Assembly: GCF_036588685.1 (NCBI RefSeq)
Contig: NC_086386.1
Span: forward strand, 33,170,001-33,234,000
Direction of reading: 5' to 3'
DNA: 64,000 nt
Source: Mytilus trossulus
Lineage: Eukaryota
Numbering within the stretch: the first letter of the stretch is position 1; every line of letters begins with the position of its first letter. Below are positions 1-11,979 of this stretch, one piece after another. The notes under the pieces were generated by a model. It did not search any database and had not been told where the DNA came from. It was given only the letters and a program-made list of their open reading frames with translations. Position numbers and translations under genes: made by a program.

Positions 1-336
1 TTTTGAGTAGTTGACCAATCATAAATACTTTTTGTAAACCTGATTAATTAGTTTCTTTTTTAAAGATATAAATGTAAAGATGTGGTATACTTGCCAATAA
101 TACAACATCTGCTAGAGACCAAAGGTCTATTTCTACAACAATAAGCAAACATATTTTTATAGTTTATAAAATGAAACGCCTAAATAACTTGCTGGTGTGG
201 TATATGATCATGATGACCCTGAAATCAGCATTAAGTCAATCTGTAAACAGGTTTTTGCAGTAAGGATGAAGAAAGAAACTATGATAAAATAGCTAGTCAA
301 TTACATGTAAATAATGTGATATTTATTTGATTTTAG

Positions 337-1902
337 GAGGAACACCAAAAGAAATATTAGACAATGATGAAATAATGGAATTATATTTACCTGCACTGAA
401 AGCAGATTATGGCTTGTTAGACCAGTTTGAGTAAGTTTAAGATAGTTTTTGTTGTTGTTTTGTCATGTATCACTAGTACATAATTATAGTATTATATAAA
501 TGTATTTAATTTTCTTGTTTTTATGCCCCATTTATGGTCATTATGTTTTCTGGTCTCTGCGTTGGTCTGTTTGTGCTTTCGTTCCTTGGGACATACATGT
601 ACTAGGGATATATTCTTGTTTAATTTCAAACTTTTTATGATCTAAGCACTGTTTTGATCAAGTCAGCATTAATGAAATAAGTGGAATACTGTTTGGTTGC
701 CATGTTCATCAGTTTTTGAAAACCTTTAATTGCAAGAAATTTGCACATTTATTTATATATTTTCCTTATTTATATTATAAAAGGTTTTTGGTTTTGTGCT
801 GTTTTCATGAGTTGTCTTTTGTTAAGTAATCAACAGATATTTCACACATATAGATATATAAAGTGAAGCTTATTTTGGCATGACAGGTTTGTTCAAGAAA
901 CAGTACATTTGTAACAAAACCAATAACCACTTTTCCCCTGAATCTCACTTGTTTATATACAGTGAGGTGCATTTGCAATGTAATATTATCTAATCCAGCT
1001 GAAAAACGCTATATTGGAATTATTTCTATTTTCTAGTTTCCAACCTGAGCCTGGTAAAGCTGTAGTGTCCTGTCCTATACAAATGTATGACGGAGATCAC
1101 GATAAAAAACATGATGATGATGGTAAGCTAAGTGAGCCAAGTAAACAAATTAACTGTAGCTTTTAAAAATATGAAAATTGCAAAGTAAAATTGAAAGGAA
1201 ATGGGGAATGTGTACAAAGGCATTTTTTTGCATCTGATGATGAATCCCTTTTCTAAATTTTCAATCATGTTATTATGAATAAGAAGATGTGGTATGAGTG
1301 CCAATGAGACAACTCTTCATCCGAGTCACAATGTGATAAAGAGGAAACCGTTATAGGTCAAAGTACAGCCTTCCACTATGTCAACAGTGAGCCTTGGGCT
1401 TGGCTCACAACAAACAGCAAGCTTTAAAGGGCCTTAATAATTGCTTCTTACTTGCTACTTTTTTAACACCAAATCTTGCATCATACATGTATAGTATCCT
1501 TACATTTTAATATTTGTGTAAGAGAAATGGATTATACAGCCAATGGCATGAAAGGTTCCTTCACCTGTAATCCTGTCTGTAACTCTTCTTCCTATAGTAA
1601 TCAATTCCTCTGGTGGCATTAACCAGCAAAATATAGTGTTCTTATTTACAAAGTGTTTAAAGTGGTCATAAATATTGTGTTTTTTTTGTGTTGTGCATTT
1701 GCTGTCCCATAAATATGTAAACACATTATCTTCTTTATTTCTGAAAATTAAATATTTCTCTTTTTTTTTCTAATTTTCAGCCTGGAAAGAGTTAACCAGT
1801 GGAACCTTTAGTTTACAGTTTTTACCTGGCGGACATTTCTTTCTAAAAGAAAAGAGTAACATTGATTATTTACTGGATTCTATATCTAAAAATCTTGCCT
1901 AG
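337..1902 (+). CDS. Type II thioesterase (OLAH / medium-chain S-acyl FAS thioesterase-like), last three exons: 337-430, 1037-1122, 1781-1902; 5' part lies outside the window
   Basis: Canonical ag/gt boundaries join in frame to GGTPKEILDNDEIMELYLPALKADYGLLDQFD-FQPEPGKAVVSCPIQMYDGDHDKKHDDD-AWKELTSGTFSLQFLPGGHFFLKEKSNIDYLLDSISKNLA*. The GGTP, LPALxAD and PGGHFF (catalytic His) motifs are typical of TEII enzymes. AATAAA signals occur near 2783 and 2802. Confidence 0.88.
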
Positions 1903-4002
1903 ATAAATTTCTATGTTTAACATGACTTTAGCTTTGTAAGTGATAGAAAAAATCTGTTTATATTCAGGCTATTATATTACTCCAAATATCTATAGTAGGT
2001 TAGATAAGATTTCCGTCAGTTCACCTCATTATTATAATAAGCAGGTTTTGATGAAATTGAATTAAACCAGCTAGTAATGGCTTGTATGTTATTACTTGAG
2101 TATGAAACTGTCTCCATCCAATTTTTTTTAAAGAAATTTTTTATTTCCCTTTGACAAAACTTTCTCCTGATCTTGAGTAGAATCTCCTGAATGGGAAGAA
2201 ATTAATCAATGAAAATTTGTTCCTTTTTTGGCAATTCACAATTTGCTTATTCTGTAAAAATTGTAATTTTTTGACAATTTAACTTTACACTTTTCAGAGT
2301 TTCTTATTGTTGTCAATCTGACTGCATTGTTTGTTTAAAAAAACCTTTTCTATTATATGATTTAGAATTTCCATATATTTTTTTAAATCATCAAATACAG
2401 AATTGATTATTGCTTTTACTTCAACTACCTTGTGAAATTGGACTTCAAATTTATATAAAAGGCAATTGTCAACAAAATCCTGTAAACTTTTTCTACTTTT
2501 GCTTCGAGAATATTGATTTAAAAAAAGTTTCTATTGTTTCCAGTATGAAAAATAAAAAAAGAACCCTTTTTGGACATCTTACATCATTGACACTCATTAC
2601 ACTGTCAAAGTCATCCTTTTATTAGCAGCAAACACAAGTAGATGGAAAATGTATTAACATACATTTTTGCTTCACCTACATTGATATAAGTTCAATTTGA
2701 CTGACAAGTGTAATCATGGAAATTTTGTTTAACTGTGACAAAGAAATGGATGTAAAATCCTATAGGACTTTTTTACAGATATAATAAAGTGTAATTTTTA
2801 AAATAAAGTTTTTTGTTGTTGCCTGCCAAGAAATTAAACCATACCATTTTTAGCCATAATTATCACACTTTCATACTAACTAGCTATGCAATGAAAACAA
2901 AATATTTATAATAGACTATATTTTTTATAATATTTGTAAACAGACATTTATATGCATTTGTTTATTATTATTCCACATATAATTTAAGGTTGTTAAATAA
3001 TATTGTTGCAATTAAATTTTTTCATACAAATAATGCTATAGATCTTTTTTGTTATTTTAAAATAGTACAAATCTTGTCATTTTTTTGTTTTAAATATTGG
3101 TGCTTTTTTTTATCACCCAGGGCACTTTTATTGCTTTCTTTGCTATATCAGTTTTGCTCATTGTTGGAGGGTTTGCAGTGACTTGCTGTTGTATTCATCT
3201 TTATCCTTTATTGTTATTGTTTTTACTGAAATTGGGTGAGTTTAAATGTTTAAAACTGACCAAACTGTTGTAACAGTCTTGTTACTTTACTCATATAAAG
3301 TTCCCTCTAATTTTCATTCAAAATTGGAATATGTTTGTTTCACATGAGAAACTCAATACTTAAATTAACATCAAAATATCAAAAAATACCATAAAATGCA
3401 TTAAAACATAGATTGTTTTGAATGTAAAAGAAATATTTTTGTACACAATAATTAACAATACAAGAGAAAGAAAAGAAAGAATGATAATATCCAGTATTAA
3501 TTTTGAGAGGTGTATTAAATATTTTTCATTTGTCTTTTAAAGTACTGGTATTCTACCTTTTACATAAGCATGTAACTTATGTCAGTTTTGCCCTGAGTCC
3601 AAATTTAATCAGATTGTAATGAAATAATAGAGTTATTTCTCTTTTATCAAATTTAAAATTAAATTCAAAATTCAATCTAGGGAAAAACTATATTGCATAC
3701 TAGGCAATATGCAATATTCGATGTAACGAAAAGATCCTCTCCTGACTTTGTATAGCATTAATATAGTTTGTTTTCGTTTCTATGAAATGTATGATATTTT
3801 TACAGACTTCTAACATGACTTCAAAATAACGTTGTCTTAATTGGTAACAAAATAAAGATTACAGAATCAATGTTTATCTTTTGTGATTAACATGATTAAG
3901 TTGACTTCACATTGTTTTTTTTGTTTGTTTTGGAAAAGAGAACATTTTGTATGCACCAGTACGTACACATGCCATTGCTCACTAAGTTGTTCCACAAGAA
4001 AG

Positions 4003-4275
4003 TTCAGGAGCCTGTAATTCAGTGGTTGTCGTTTGTTTATGTGTTACATATTTGTTTTTCTTTCACTTTTTTACTTAAATAAGGCCGTTAGTTTTCTCGC
4101 TTGAATTGTTTTACATTGTCTTATCGGGGCCTTTCATAGCTGACTATATGCGGTATGGGCTTTGCTCATTGTTGAAGGCCGTACAGTGACCTATAATTGT
4201 TAATGTTTGTGTCATTTTGGTCTTTTGTGGATAGTTGTCTTATTGGCAATCATACCACATCTTCTTTTTTATATT
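4003..4275 (-). repeat. Copy of an abundant SINE-like repeat (family A)
   Basis: Near-identical reverse complement of 23672-23940 (aagaagatgtggtatgattgccaatgagacaact...aggctcctga). Related fragments occur near 78, 1282, 24940, 38095, 48400, 48890, 50120, 58480 and 63355. Confidence 0.8.
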
Positions 4276-5692
4276 AAATGATTTCCATTGATATTTTATT
4301 AGTCATTTAGTCCTGGCAATTCTTTACATTTTTACTGTACCTCTACTGTCTGATTGATATATATATTACTAGTATTCAAATTAAAAGAGATTTAGTTGTA
4401 ATTATATCAAATTGATGTACTGTGAACAATCAAAATATGGAATGATATCCGGCTACATTAAAGTGACATGATTTACTGGGAGAAACCAAAAACAAATTCA
4501 TTCCAAAACACAATGGCTTTATATGGTAAAGTTTATAATGAAGTTTAATTAGATTGTGATTCAAAGCGGATACATATATGCAGTGTTAAGATACGAGGAA
4601 TACAGTATCATTCCAAAGTTATTCCCACTCATTTAATCAGTCAGATAAAGAAATGAAATAGGCGTAGCATAAGTTAACAATGGGATTAAAGTTCTGTTAA
4701 TTCTCACAAATCTTTGCCAGGCAGTTCAGGAGTAGGTGCGGATACAAATGTGGGACAGGCTTACGAACGAGCGTAGGAACAGATCCTATATACCAAATGG
4801 TCTAATTTGTATTGGAATTATCATAAAGAATATAATTTCATGTCTGTATGTTAAATATAATTTACACTTTCCCTCTTTGATTACTAAGTATTTGTGAAAG
4901 TAAATGTAAGCCGACACACACTACATATTGAGCTAAAGTTTTGGTATGGTCTTCAATTGACCCACTTCATTCTACATATTTATTAATATTGCAATGATAA
5001 TGCATATCGTGTATAACAAAGTACATTCACTTATAATAATACACAATAATGTCAAGTTTGTGACTTTATGTCAACTTTTGCATACATCAGTAGCCGTGAA
5101 CATGTTTAGTAACTACCTATTCTTATTGTAATTACAATAGACTAGCGAGAGCGACACGTCAAATATTAATCCGGGTTAGAAATTCAATGACAATAATTAT
5201 TTCTTGCAATGCAATATTCTTTTCATAAGTTTAAACCATATCAATACATATGCATATTCTCAATTAAACCGAGCACACCTTTAAGTTTTAAAGATCCCGA
5301 TATTTGAGCATTAACAAGGATTTTTTTTATCAAAATTCAAAGAAGGAACGTTATCGAACGATCTTTACCTAGAAGGCATGTTTAAGTGTGTATACATTCT
5401 CCTAACAATTTGCCAGAGCAAAGAGCAAAGAGCAATAGTCTGTGTCTGAAGAAAAGAACATGTTGTTATAAAGTGCGTAATCATATTAAAAATTGACCTT
5501 TAATACAATTACTGATTGAATTACGAAATGTAAAAATCATTTGGTAAACGATATGACAAATTATAGTCTGGATATATGCAATTACTTCCATGTGTTTACT
5601 ATAAGGAATGTGAGGATGAATAGACATTTTTATTTTTTCAAGTTGAATGGATTTACAGTCGATAAATGTATTTAAAAAAGGAAAGACGAATG

Positions 5693-5879
5693 TAAAAAGT
5701 AAAATCACAAAAATACTGAACGTAGGGGAAAATCAATTCGGAAAGTCCATAATCACATGGCAAAATCAAATAACAAAACACATAAAAAACTAATTAACAA
5801 GAACAGTCATATTCCTGACTTGGTACAGACATTTTCGAATGTAGAAAATGGTGGATTAAATCTTGTTTTATAGCGCTAA
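5693..5879 (-). repeat. Isolated 3'-terminal fragment of the Penelope-like element at 34715-36585
   Basis: Close match to 34716-34900 (aaaagtaaaatcacaaaaatactgaac...tatagcgcta). Confidence 0.75.
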
Positions 5880-6514
5880 TTTATAGATATCCAGCTCTGG
5901 GTTTTTTCTGAAGCCTTTTTTGCTCTATGTATCATAACTGATTTCGATTTCTAAATGTTTCAATGTTTCAGAATCCTTTTGATTTGCTGCATAACCTATT
6001 TGATGTTAGGAATACAGTTAACTATTTACTGACATCAGCAGTAATAGTGAACATAACCATGAACATTTTCAATCACATTGTTTGAACGTTTTAAATAACC
6101 CCGGAATTCTTTATGTTAGTCATATGTTGTTTCCTATATGTACAAGGAAATTCTCTCACGATTTTACAATCAGATATACTATATATAAGTGAAAAGAACT
6201 AGGTGACTTAAAATTGGTATCCAAATGTAACGCATTGCTTTATGATACAGAAACCAATAAGCGATAGGTAACCCAGCATTATTATGAAGAGGTTTCTGCA
6301 CTGCCTCATCATACAGAAACCCACCAACGATATATCGGTGGCCTTAGTTAGATACAGAGAGGTTTACGCATTGATAAGTAAGGACACCAGTAGTATACCG
6401 TTTTCAAAAGTCATAAATAAGCCATACATTCATTACGATAGTTAGCACGAATTTAATACTCAGAGGCTACTATTCTGCTTTCAACATTGCAAGTGCAAAC
6501 AAAACTAGATCTGA

Positions 6515-6897
6515 TTTGATAAATATTTACACCACTGGCCGATGCCACTGCTGGTGGACGTTTCATCCCCGAGGGTATCTCCAGCCCAGGAGTCAGCACT
6601 TCGGTATTGACATGAATATCATTTATATGGTAATTTTGTTTTTATAGATTAACTGTATGCCAAAGTAATAATTCTAAATACTAAGGATTCTTACTCCAGG
6701 CACAGACAGGCACAGATTACCTTAGCCGTATTTGGCACAACTTTTTGGAATTTTGGGTCCTTCAACTTTATACTTGTTTGGCTTTCTAACTTTTTTTTTT
6801 TTTTTTTTTTTTATCTTAGCGTCACTTATTAGTCTCATGTAGACTAAAGGCACGTCTGCCGTAAAAAATTATAACCCTGGTAACTTTGATAACTATT
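6515..6897 (+). mobile_element. Retrozyme-like monomer (~370 bp) with a decayed hammerhead
   Basis: Colinear with the copies at 23480-24135, 55270-55632 and 58625-58868. Terminal redundancy tttgataa(a/c)tatt at 6515 and 6885. The hammerhead core near 6820-6862 is mutated. Confidence 0.7.
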
Positions 6898-7164
6898 GAT
6901 ATTCATGATTCTTTTAATGCAACTGAATGGATCAAGCGATACTGGACATCAATAATAAATGAACGTAGAGGCAAGATCCTTGACATAGAAAGGAATTGAA
7001 AAATGATGTTGCATATTAAAGGAAACAGTCAATCTTTTTTATTTCCTGACTAGTAACAGAAAACATATATAGCAAATAGTTTGTATACGGACACTCTTAA
7101 TTATGCACGATAATCCTTCAATTTCAATTCAACGACATTAAAGTATACAATGACGGAATCATCT

Positions 7165-7675
7165 TCAAAGCCAAGTTTCATCTAAAGGTTCCAATTCCCG
7201 AATAGTATGGCAGATACTAGTACTAGAAAAGTCAAATGATACTCGATTTGTTCGAGTGTTATTTCCACTTCTAGTATTCTCTATGTCCGAATGATTCATT
7301 GAATGAATCGAATTTGGTGGTTCCAAAGAACTCCCATTCGGTAATTCAGTGATAGATTGGCACGTTGCAGATAAGGAAAATTGTCGATTTTGGAGATCCG
7401 GGAGTGATTGGCACGTAGCGTAAAGTTCTGAAAACTGATAATTAGGCACAACATTATTTGAATTAGAATTAATGTCCGTTTCAATTCTATCATTAGCAGA
7501 AAGTTCTGAAAACTGATGATTAGGAACAACGGTATTAGAATTGGAATTGATGTCAGTTTCCCTTCCATCTTTTGGAACACTGTTCATGTCAATTCTAGAT
7601 TCATCGGAACTCAAATAGTGACTAGCTGTTGAAAAAGAGGAGATCCCTCGTGACATAGAATTCCGATTTTCAAAA
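7165..7675 (-). CDS. GPCR1 exon 2: long Ser/Asn-rich C-terminal tail with internal repeats, ending ETWL
   Basis: Acceptor tatttcag at 7676 joins in phase 2 to the donor at 8454 and continues in the frame of ORF 7165..7776. A homologous exon lies downstream of GPCR2. The joined protein is 520 aa. Confidence 0.8.
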
Positions 7676-8454
7676 CTGAAATATAAATGTAAATTAAGAT
7701 AAAAATCATTTGCAAACAAAACAAAATATGCATTGATTACTGTTTTGTATTGTAATAAATCATAGCATTTAGGCATTGCAACTTATGCATATCCTGTTAT
7801 TTACAATCGGGGTGGTTGGGTAAATGTGAATAAAACAAAAACAAGAAAAACCAAGAAACAATACCATACAAGATCTACCAATTAGGCTCAGATACCTTAT
7901 GACGTGTTTACTCACGACGAAGCATTCTGCTGTGCAAAAAATTATAGGAACTTCATTGACCTTTTCTCATGTTTTCCCCACCGATTGACAAATTTTCAAT
8001 CTGTAAATTGTTACCTATTTTAACGGCAAGTCCCATCACATTTGAATATATGTACTGCCCCTCTCCTCCTTTGGTCCATTAAACATGTCTTTATTACATT
8101 CGTAATCACAATACAATGCATTCGCGTAATTCGATATTAAGAACATGAGAACATAAGTTCATAGTAGATTGTTGATTGTCAATGTTTAACTTGTTCATAA
8201 TTTACATATACTCAATACAATTAAGTGCTTGTTAAAGTCTGCCTATTGTTTTGAAGAGCTTGCCATGACTATTAAGTATCCTTGTGTATATATGGAACGT
8301 TCTTAGTTGTCTAATCAACATATAACCATTGAGTGAACTAAGTGTTTTAAATATCGATCTTTCGGAGGCCAAAAAGAGGAAGTTAAAAGGAGTAGCATAA
8401 AGTTTTCAAAAAAAATAATAGAATCTATTTTGTCAACTTATGTAAGATACTTAC

Positions 8455-9506
8455 ATATTTTTGGTATTACAGCATGGCAAATTCTTTCTGAAGTTATCAC
8501 TGATCTCCATATATATGTAAAAGCCTACAGCATAAAACGAAAACTGGAATAAATAGAGCACTGCTTTTGCAAGTTCTAAATTTGCTTGCATTTTAACAGA
8601 CTTCTTGTCAGGAAGATATGAGTCTACAACGAACAAAATGGAGACTGGTAATGTTGTAATTAAAAAATACAGGCTAGTAAAAAATAACATTTGCGTTATT
8701 CTTTTACTCTTACGGTTTAAACGACGTCTACTTTGGTTGTTGAAAATTGACAATCTACGGAAAGCCATGGATTTTATAACTCTTTTTCCAATGAATAAGT
8801 TCATCACGAACATTATAAGGAATGGTATTACCGAAACCATGGCTAAGTCAATTAAAACAAAAACTTTTTCCTCAAATGTAAAATATTCGATTGACGTATT
8901 GTTGCATTCATATTCGTGGTTTATCATAACAAGACCATTGGTAAAAAAAAATTGTAGATCAAGTGCAAAACATATCGCAAAAGTTAAACTGTACAGAGTT
9001 TTTAAGGCTCTTGAAAAATATTTGGCTCGGTAGCGGAAAGGGAATTTTGTTTTCAGGAATCGTATTGTTGTTATGCATACAAGAGTCCAAGAAGACATAT
9101 GCATAGAAAAATAGATCAAGAATAATTGTGACAAACATCCAGGCGTGCTTATATCCCGAATATCAAAGTCAAAAGTTGCCAATATCCAATATCTTGTCAG
9201 ACCAACAATGAGAACAACTGTATTGATTGTGGCTAAAATGAATAGAAATATATAAGTTAAATTCTTGCAAACTTTCATTTTCCACAGTACTAACAATATT
9301 CCTGTATTTCCAATCAACCCGAACACGAGTAGAATCGGGGAAACAATTATCCATAACCATTTTGCTGCCTCTTTTATAGCTTCTGCTTCGGCACTTGATG
9401 GATCTGGATCACTTGAATTACCTGTCAAGTTGAATTGATAAGTTGTTACTTCGTAACTATTAGAGTGTTTGAATGAATTAAGATTTGCCTGTGCATCAAA
9501 TGCCAT
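8455..9506 (-). CDS. GPCR1 exon 1: class A (rhodopsin-like) orphan 7TM receptor, FMRFamide-receptor-like/chemoreceptor-like lineage
   Basis: Seven hydrophobic segments, N-terminal NxS/T sites, GLIGN in TM1, TM3 and ECL2 cysteines, IPF in TM5, TTLP in TM6, PCC after helix 8. Donor AT|GTAAGT at 8454. Confidence 0.93.
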
Positions 9507-10012
9507 ATAGATTTCAATCTAGAGAGTACAATCTTGTTAACAGCTATTATTATTGTCGTGTTTCTCCTCTTCTTTTAACTCAACTGTTCCCTAATTTTTA
9601 TATCTGACTTTTTTCCGCCATTTTGTACAGTTTTTTTTTCACTTTCCTATAATATTTTCCTTGTTGAATAATAATTATTCTCTAAGATATTAAGTTTTAT
9701 CTCCATACATGTATACGTTCCATTTTGTATCTTTAAAACTCATCAAGAAAGAAACATGATTCTTCATATGCCTTACTTACTATCTACAGAAAACTGCGAT
9801 AAGAAAATGTTTGTGTAAACTTCCTATTAATCTTCCAAAATTTTCTCCTTTTCACACATTTCAACAATGAATATGTCAACAAGTGTCAAAAGTTGTTAAT
9901 CTACGGACAATTTAGTCACTTTTGAAAGAAACGCTCAACTGATAACTAAAGGCTGTCCATTATTTTCTTCTACCATTTTAACATGTAATTTTTAACGATT
10001 AGTAACATAGTT

Positions 10013-10087
10013 TGTTCATTCATGTGTACTCTTTAAATATTTCTTTTTATTCAATTGTAAGATATTATTACCCAACACGGTATCATA
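10013..10087 (-). promoter_or_regulatory. Conserved non-coding block upstream of GPCR1, identical to 22622-22696 upstream of GPCR2
   Basis: 75/75 identity by eye, within wider homology of about 9810-10175 to 22420-22790. Regulatory function is inferred only. Confidence 0.5.
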
Positions 10088-11043
10088 CAATCTTGGTTGT
10101 CTGTTTATACAATGTATGAATACTCAAATTTGTACAATGATATTTAAATCTACCTATATACAATAGTTTGCTGTGTGTATGTTTTAATTGCGCATGCATA
10201 TTAATTGTTTAAATTAATGAGGGGGAGAATTACTATAATTATAATTAACTCTAAGATTACTTATATATAAAGAAATAACGTTTACATTTTATAATATAAG
10301 AGCATTTAAAAAAAGAAATAGAGAGCTGCAGACAACATAATTCCAACGGTGAATAAAAATGTATAGTTTTAGGGTCATGATTCCGTCAATGGTTGATATT
10401 TTAGTTACTTTGTTGCATCAACATGTATTAGAATGTAGTTAATATATATGATAGCGTATGTTTAACGTAGACGCAAAATTTATAGTACTCTATAATGAGA
10501 GTACATGTTTTTCCTCGTCTTTAACTGTCAACAATTCCTATTTATTTTGATTCCACAGATTAAATTCATTTATTTGGTATAATTTTCGAATAGCGAACAT
10601 TACTCCTGGTTTTCAATTATTTGAAAAAATGAAAAGGTAAAAAACGCGTATGTATCAAAAACGGATATTTAAACGAACGATACTTCCTTGATTTACGTTT
10701 GAATTATTGTAATAGTATAAGCACATGCATTCATTTAACTGGATTTTTCAATAAGATTGCTTTCAAGGTATCATCGACACAATGGGGATATTTTAAATGT
10801 AATTAAATATTTTGGAATCATTCGTTAAATAATAGTTAGTTGTCGTACCGACGTAACAATATTTGTATTAAAACTATTGAATTCACAGAACTTTTCGATC
10901 GATTAGAATTTTTAAATTACGTCGAATAGGAAATACAATGGTAAATGAAAAAGTATAAACATGAAACACCAAATCAAGAAAAAAAGTCAATTACAATGTA
11001 TGCTTTTCACGACTGGTTGTGCATTGATTGGCCCCTTACCCCT

Positions 11044-11223
11044 TGTAGATTATTGCGTTGCGTTGTGTATTTTATCGTAAGTTATCTAAGGCGTTAAAGA
11101 TATAACTACGTCTGCCATTATACGTTTCTATTCAATACAACATAAAGTATAACAATTACGCGACGTCAGAAAGATAGCGGCCGTACCGCAAAAAGGTACT
11201 TAATATTAGCGCAATTCTTAACA
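11044..11223 (-). repeat. 3' LTR (~180 bp) of the BEL/Pao element
   Basis: On the minus strand it begins TGTTAAGAATTGCG right after GCGGCCCCAGAA, downstream of the pol end. It ends CGCAATAATCTACA (imperfect terminal inverted repeat, TG...CA), with ATAAAA about 30 nt before the end. Confidence 0.6.
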
Positions 11224-11979
11224 TTCTGGGGCCGCAGAAAATGATATTCAACTCAAATTTGAAATACAATATAAAAAATTCGAAAATTGTGACATAAAAT
11301 GAAATAAAATCATAGTTAAAGTCTCTGAATAATTTAACACTACAAGTCCATCTAATAACCGTAGTTAATTTAACAGTCTATACATCCACTAATTTCTCCA
11401 GGGCAGAAAAGTTAATTCACTGTCATCATGTGTACTGCGTATTTCCAACGGATATAGCTTCACAATCGGACGGTTTGTGATTCCTGTTTCTGTCTTAATA
11501 ACAGCTGATCGAATGAGTCCATCCTTTACACGAACTAAATCCTGTACAACTGCTAATTTCCACATTATTCGCTTTGTGTCATTGTGTACTTGTACAATGT
11601 CACCTATTTGTATTGTTTGTTCGTTACTTCCAGATGTACGGTGGAATTCACGGAGTGACGTCAGATATTCGTGTTTCCATCTAGAGCGAAAATGGTTTAT
11701 TAGTTCATTATTTCTCTATAAATTTTTCACGTGCAAATCTTCGGAAGTTACACTGTCAATATTCTGTTCCGATTGGTTGTCAAGTCAACGACCATATAAA
11801 AGGTGCGCTGGCGTCAGCGGTTTGGGATCTTTAATATCAGTAGAAATGAGAGTTAAAGGACGATTGTTTAGAGTTCCCTCGATTTCGATTACAACTGTAT
11901 TCAACATTTCCGTAGTGACACATGACTTTCCTAGTATTGCTTTAATTGACTTTTTCGTGAGTCCAATTAGGCGTTCCCA

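Noticed and set aside
1500-1724. 74-aa minus-strand ORF in the thioesterase intron
   Set aside because: No recognisable motif or splice support.
7676-7776. N-terminal part of the 203-aa ORF as a standalone gene
   Set aside because: It lies upstream of a clear splice acceptor, and the remainder is the GPCR1 tail exon.
8605-9033. Antisense ORFs over the GPCR and pol genes (also 11477-12034, 12638-13057, 21692-22027, 39199-39654, 51354-51821, 56424-56885)
   Set aside because: They are shadow frames of real coding sequence on the other strand and have no motifs of their own.
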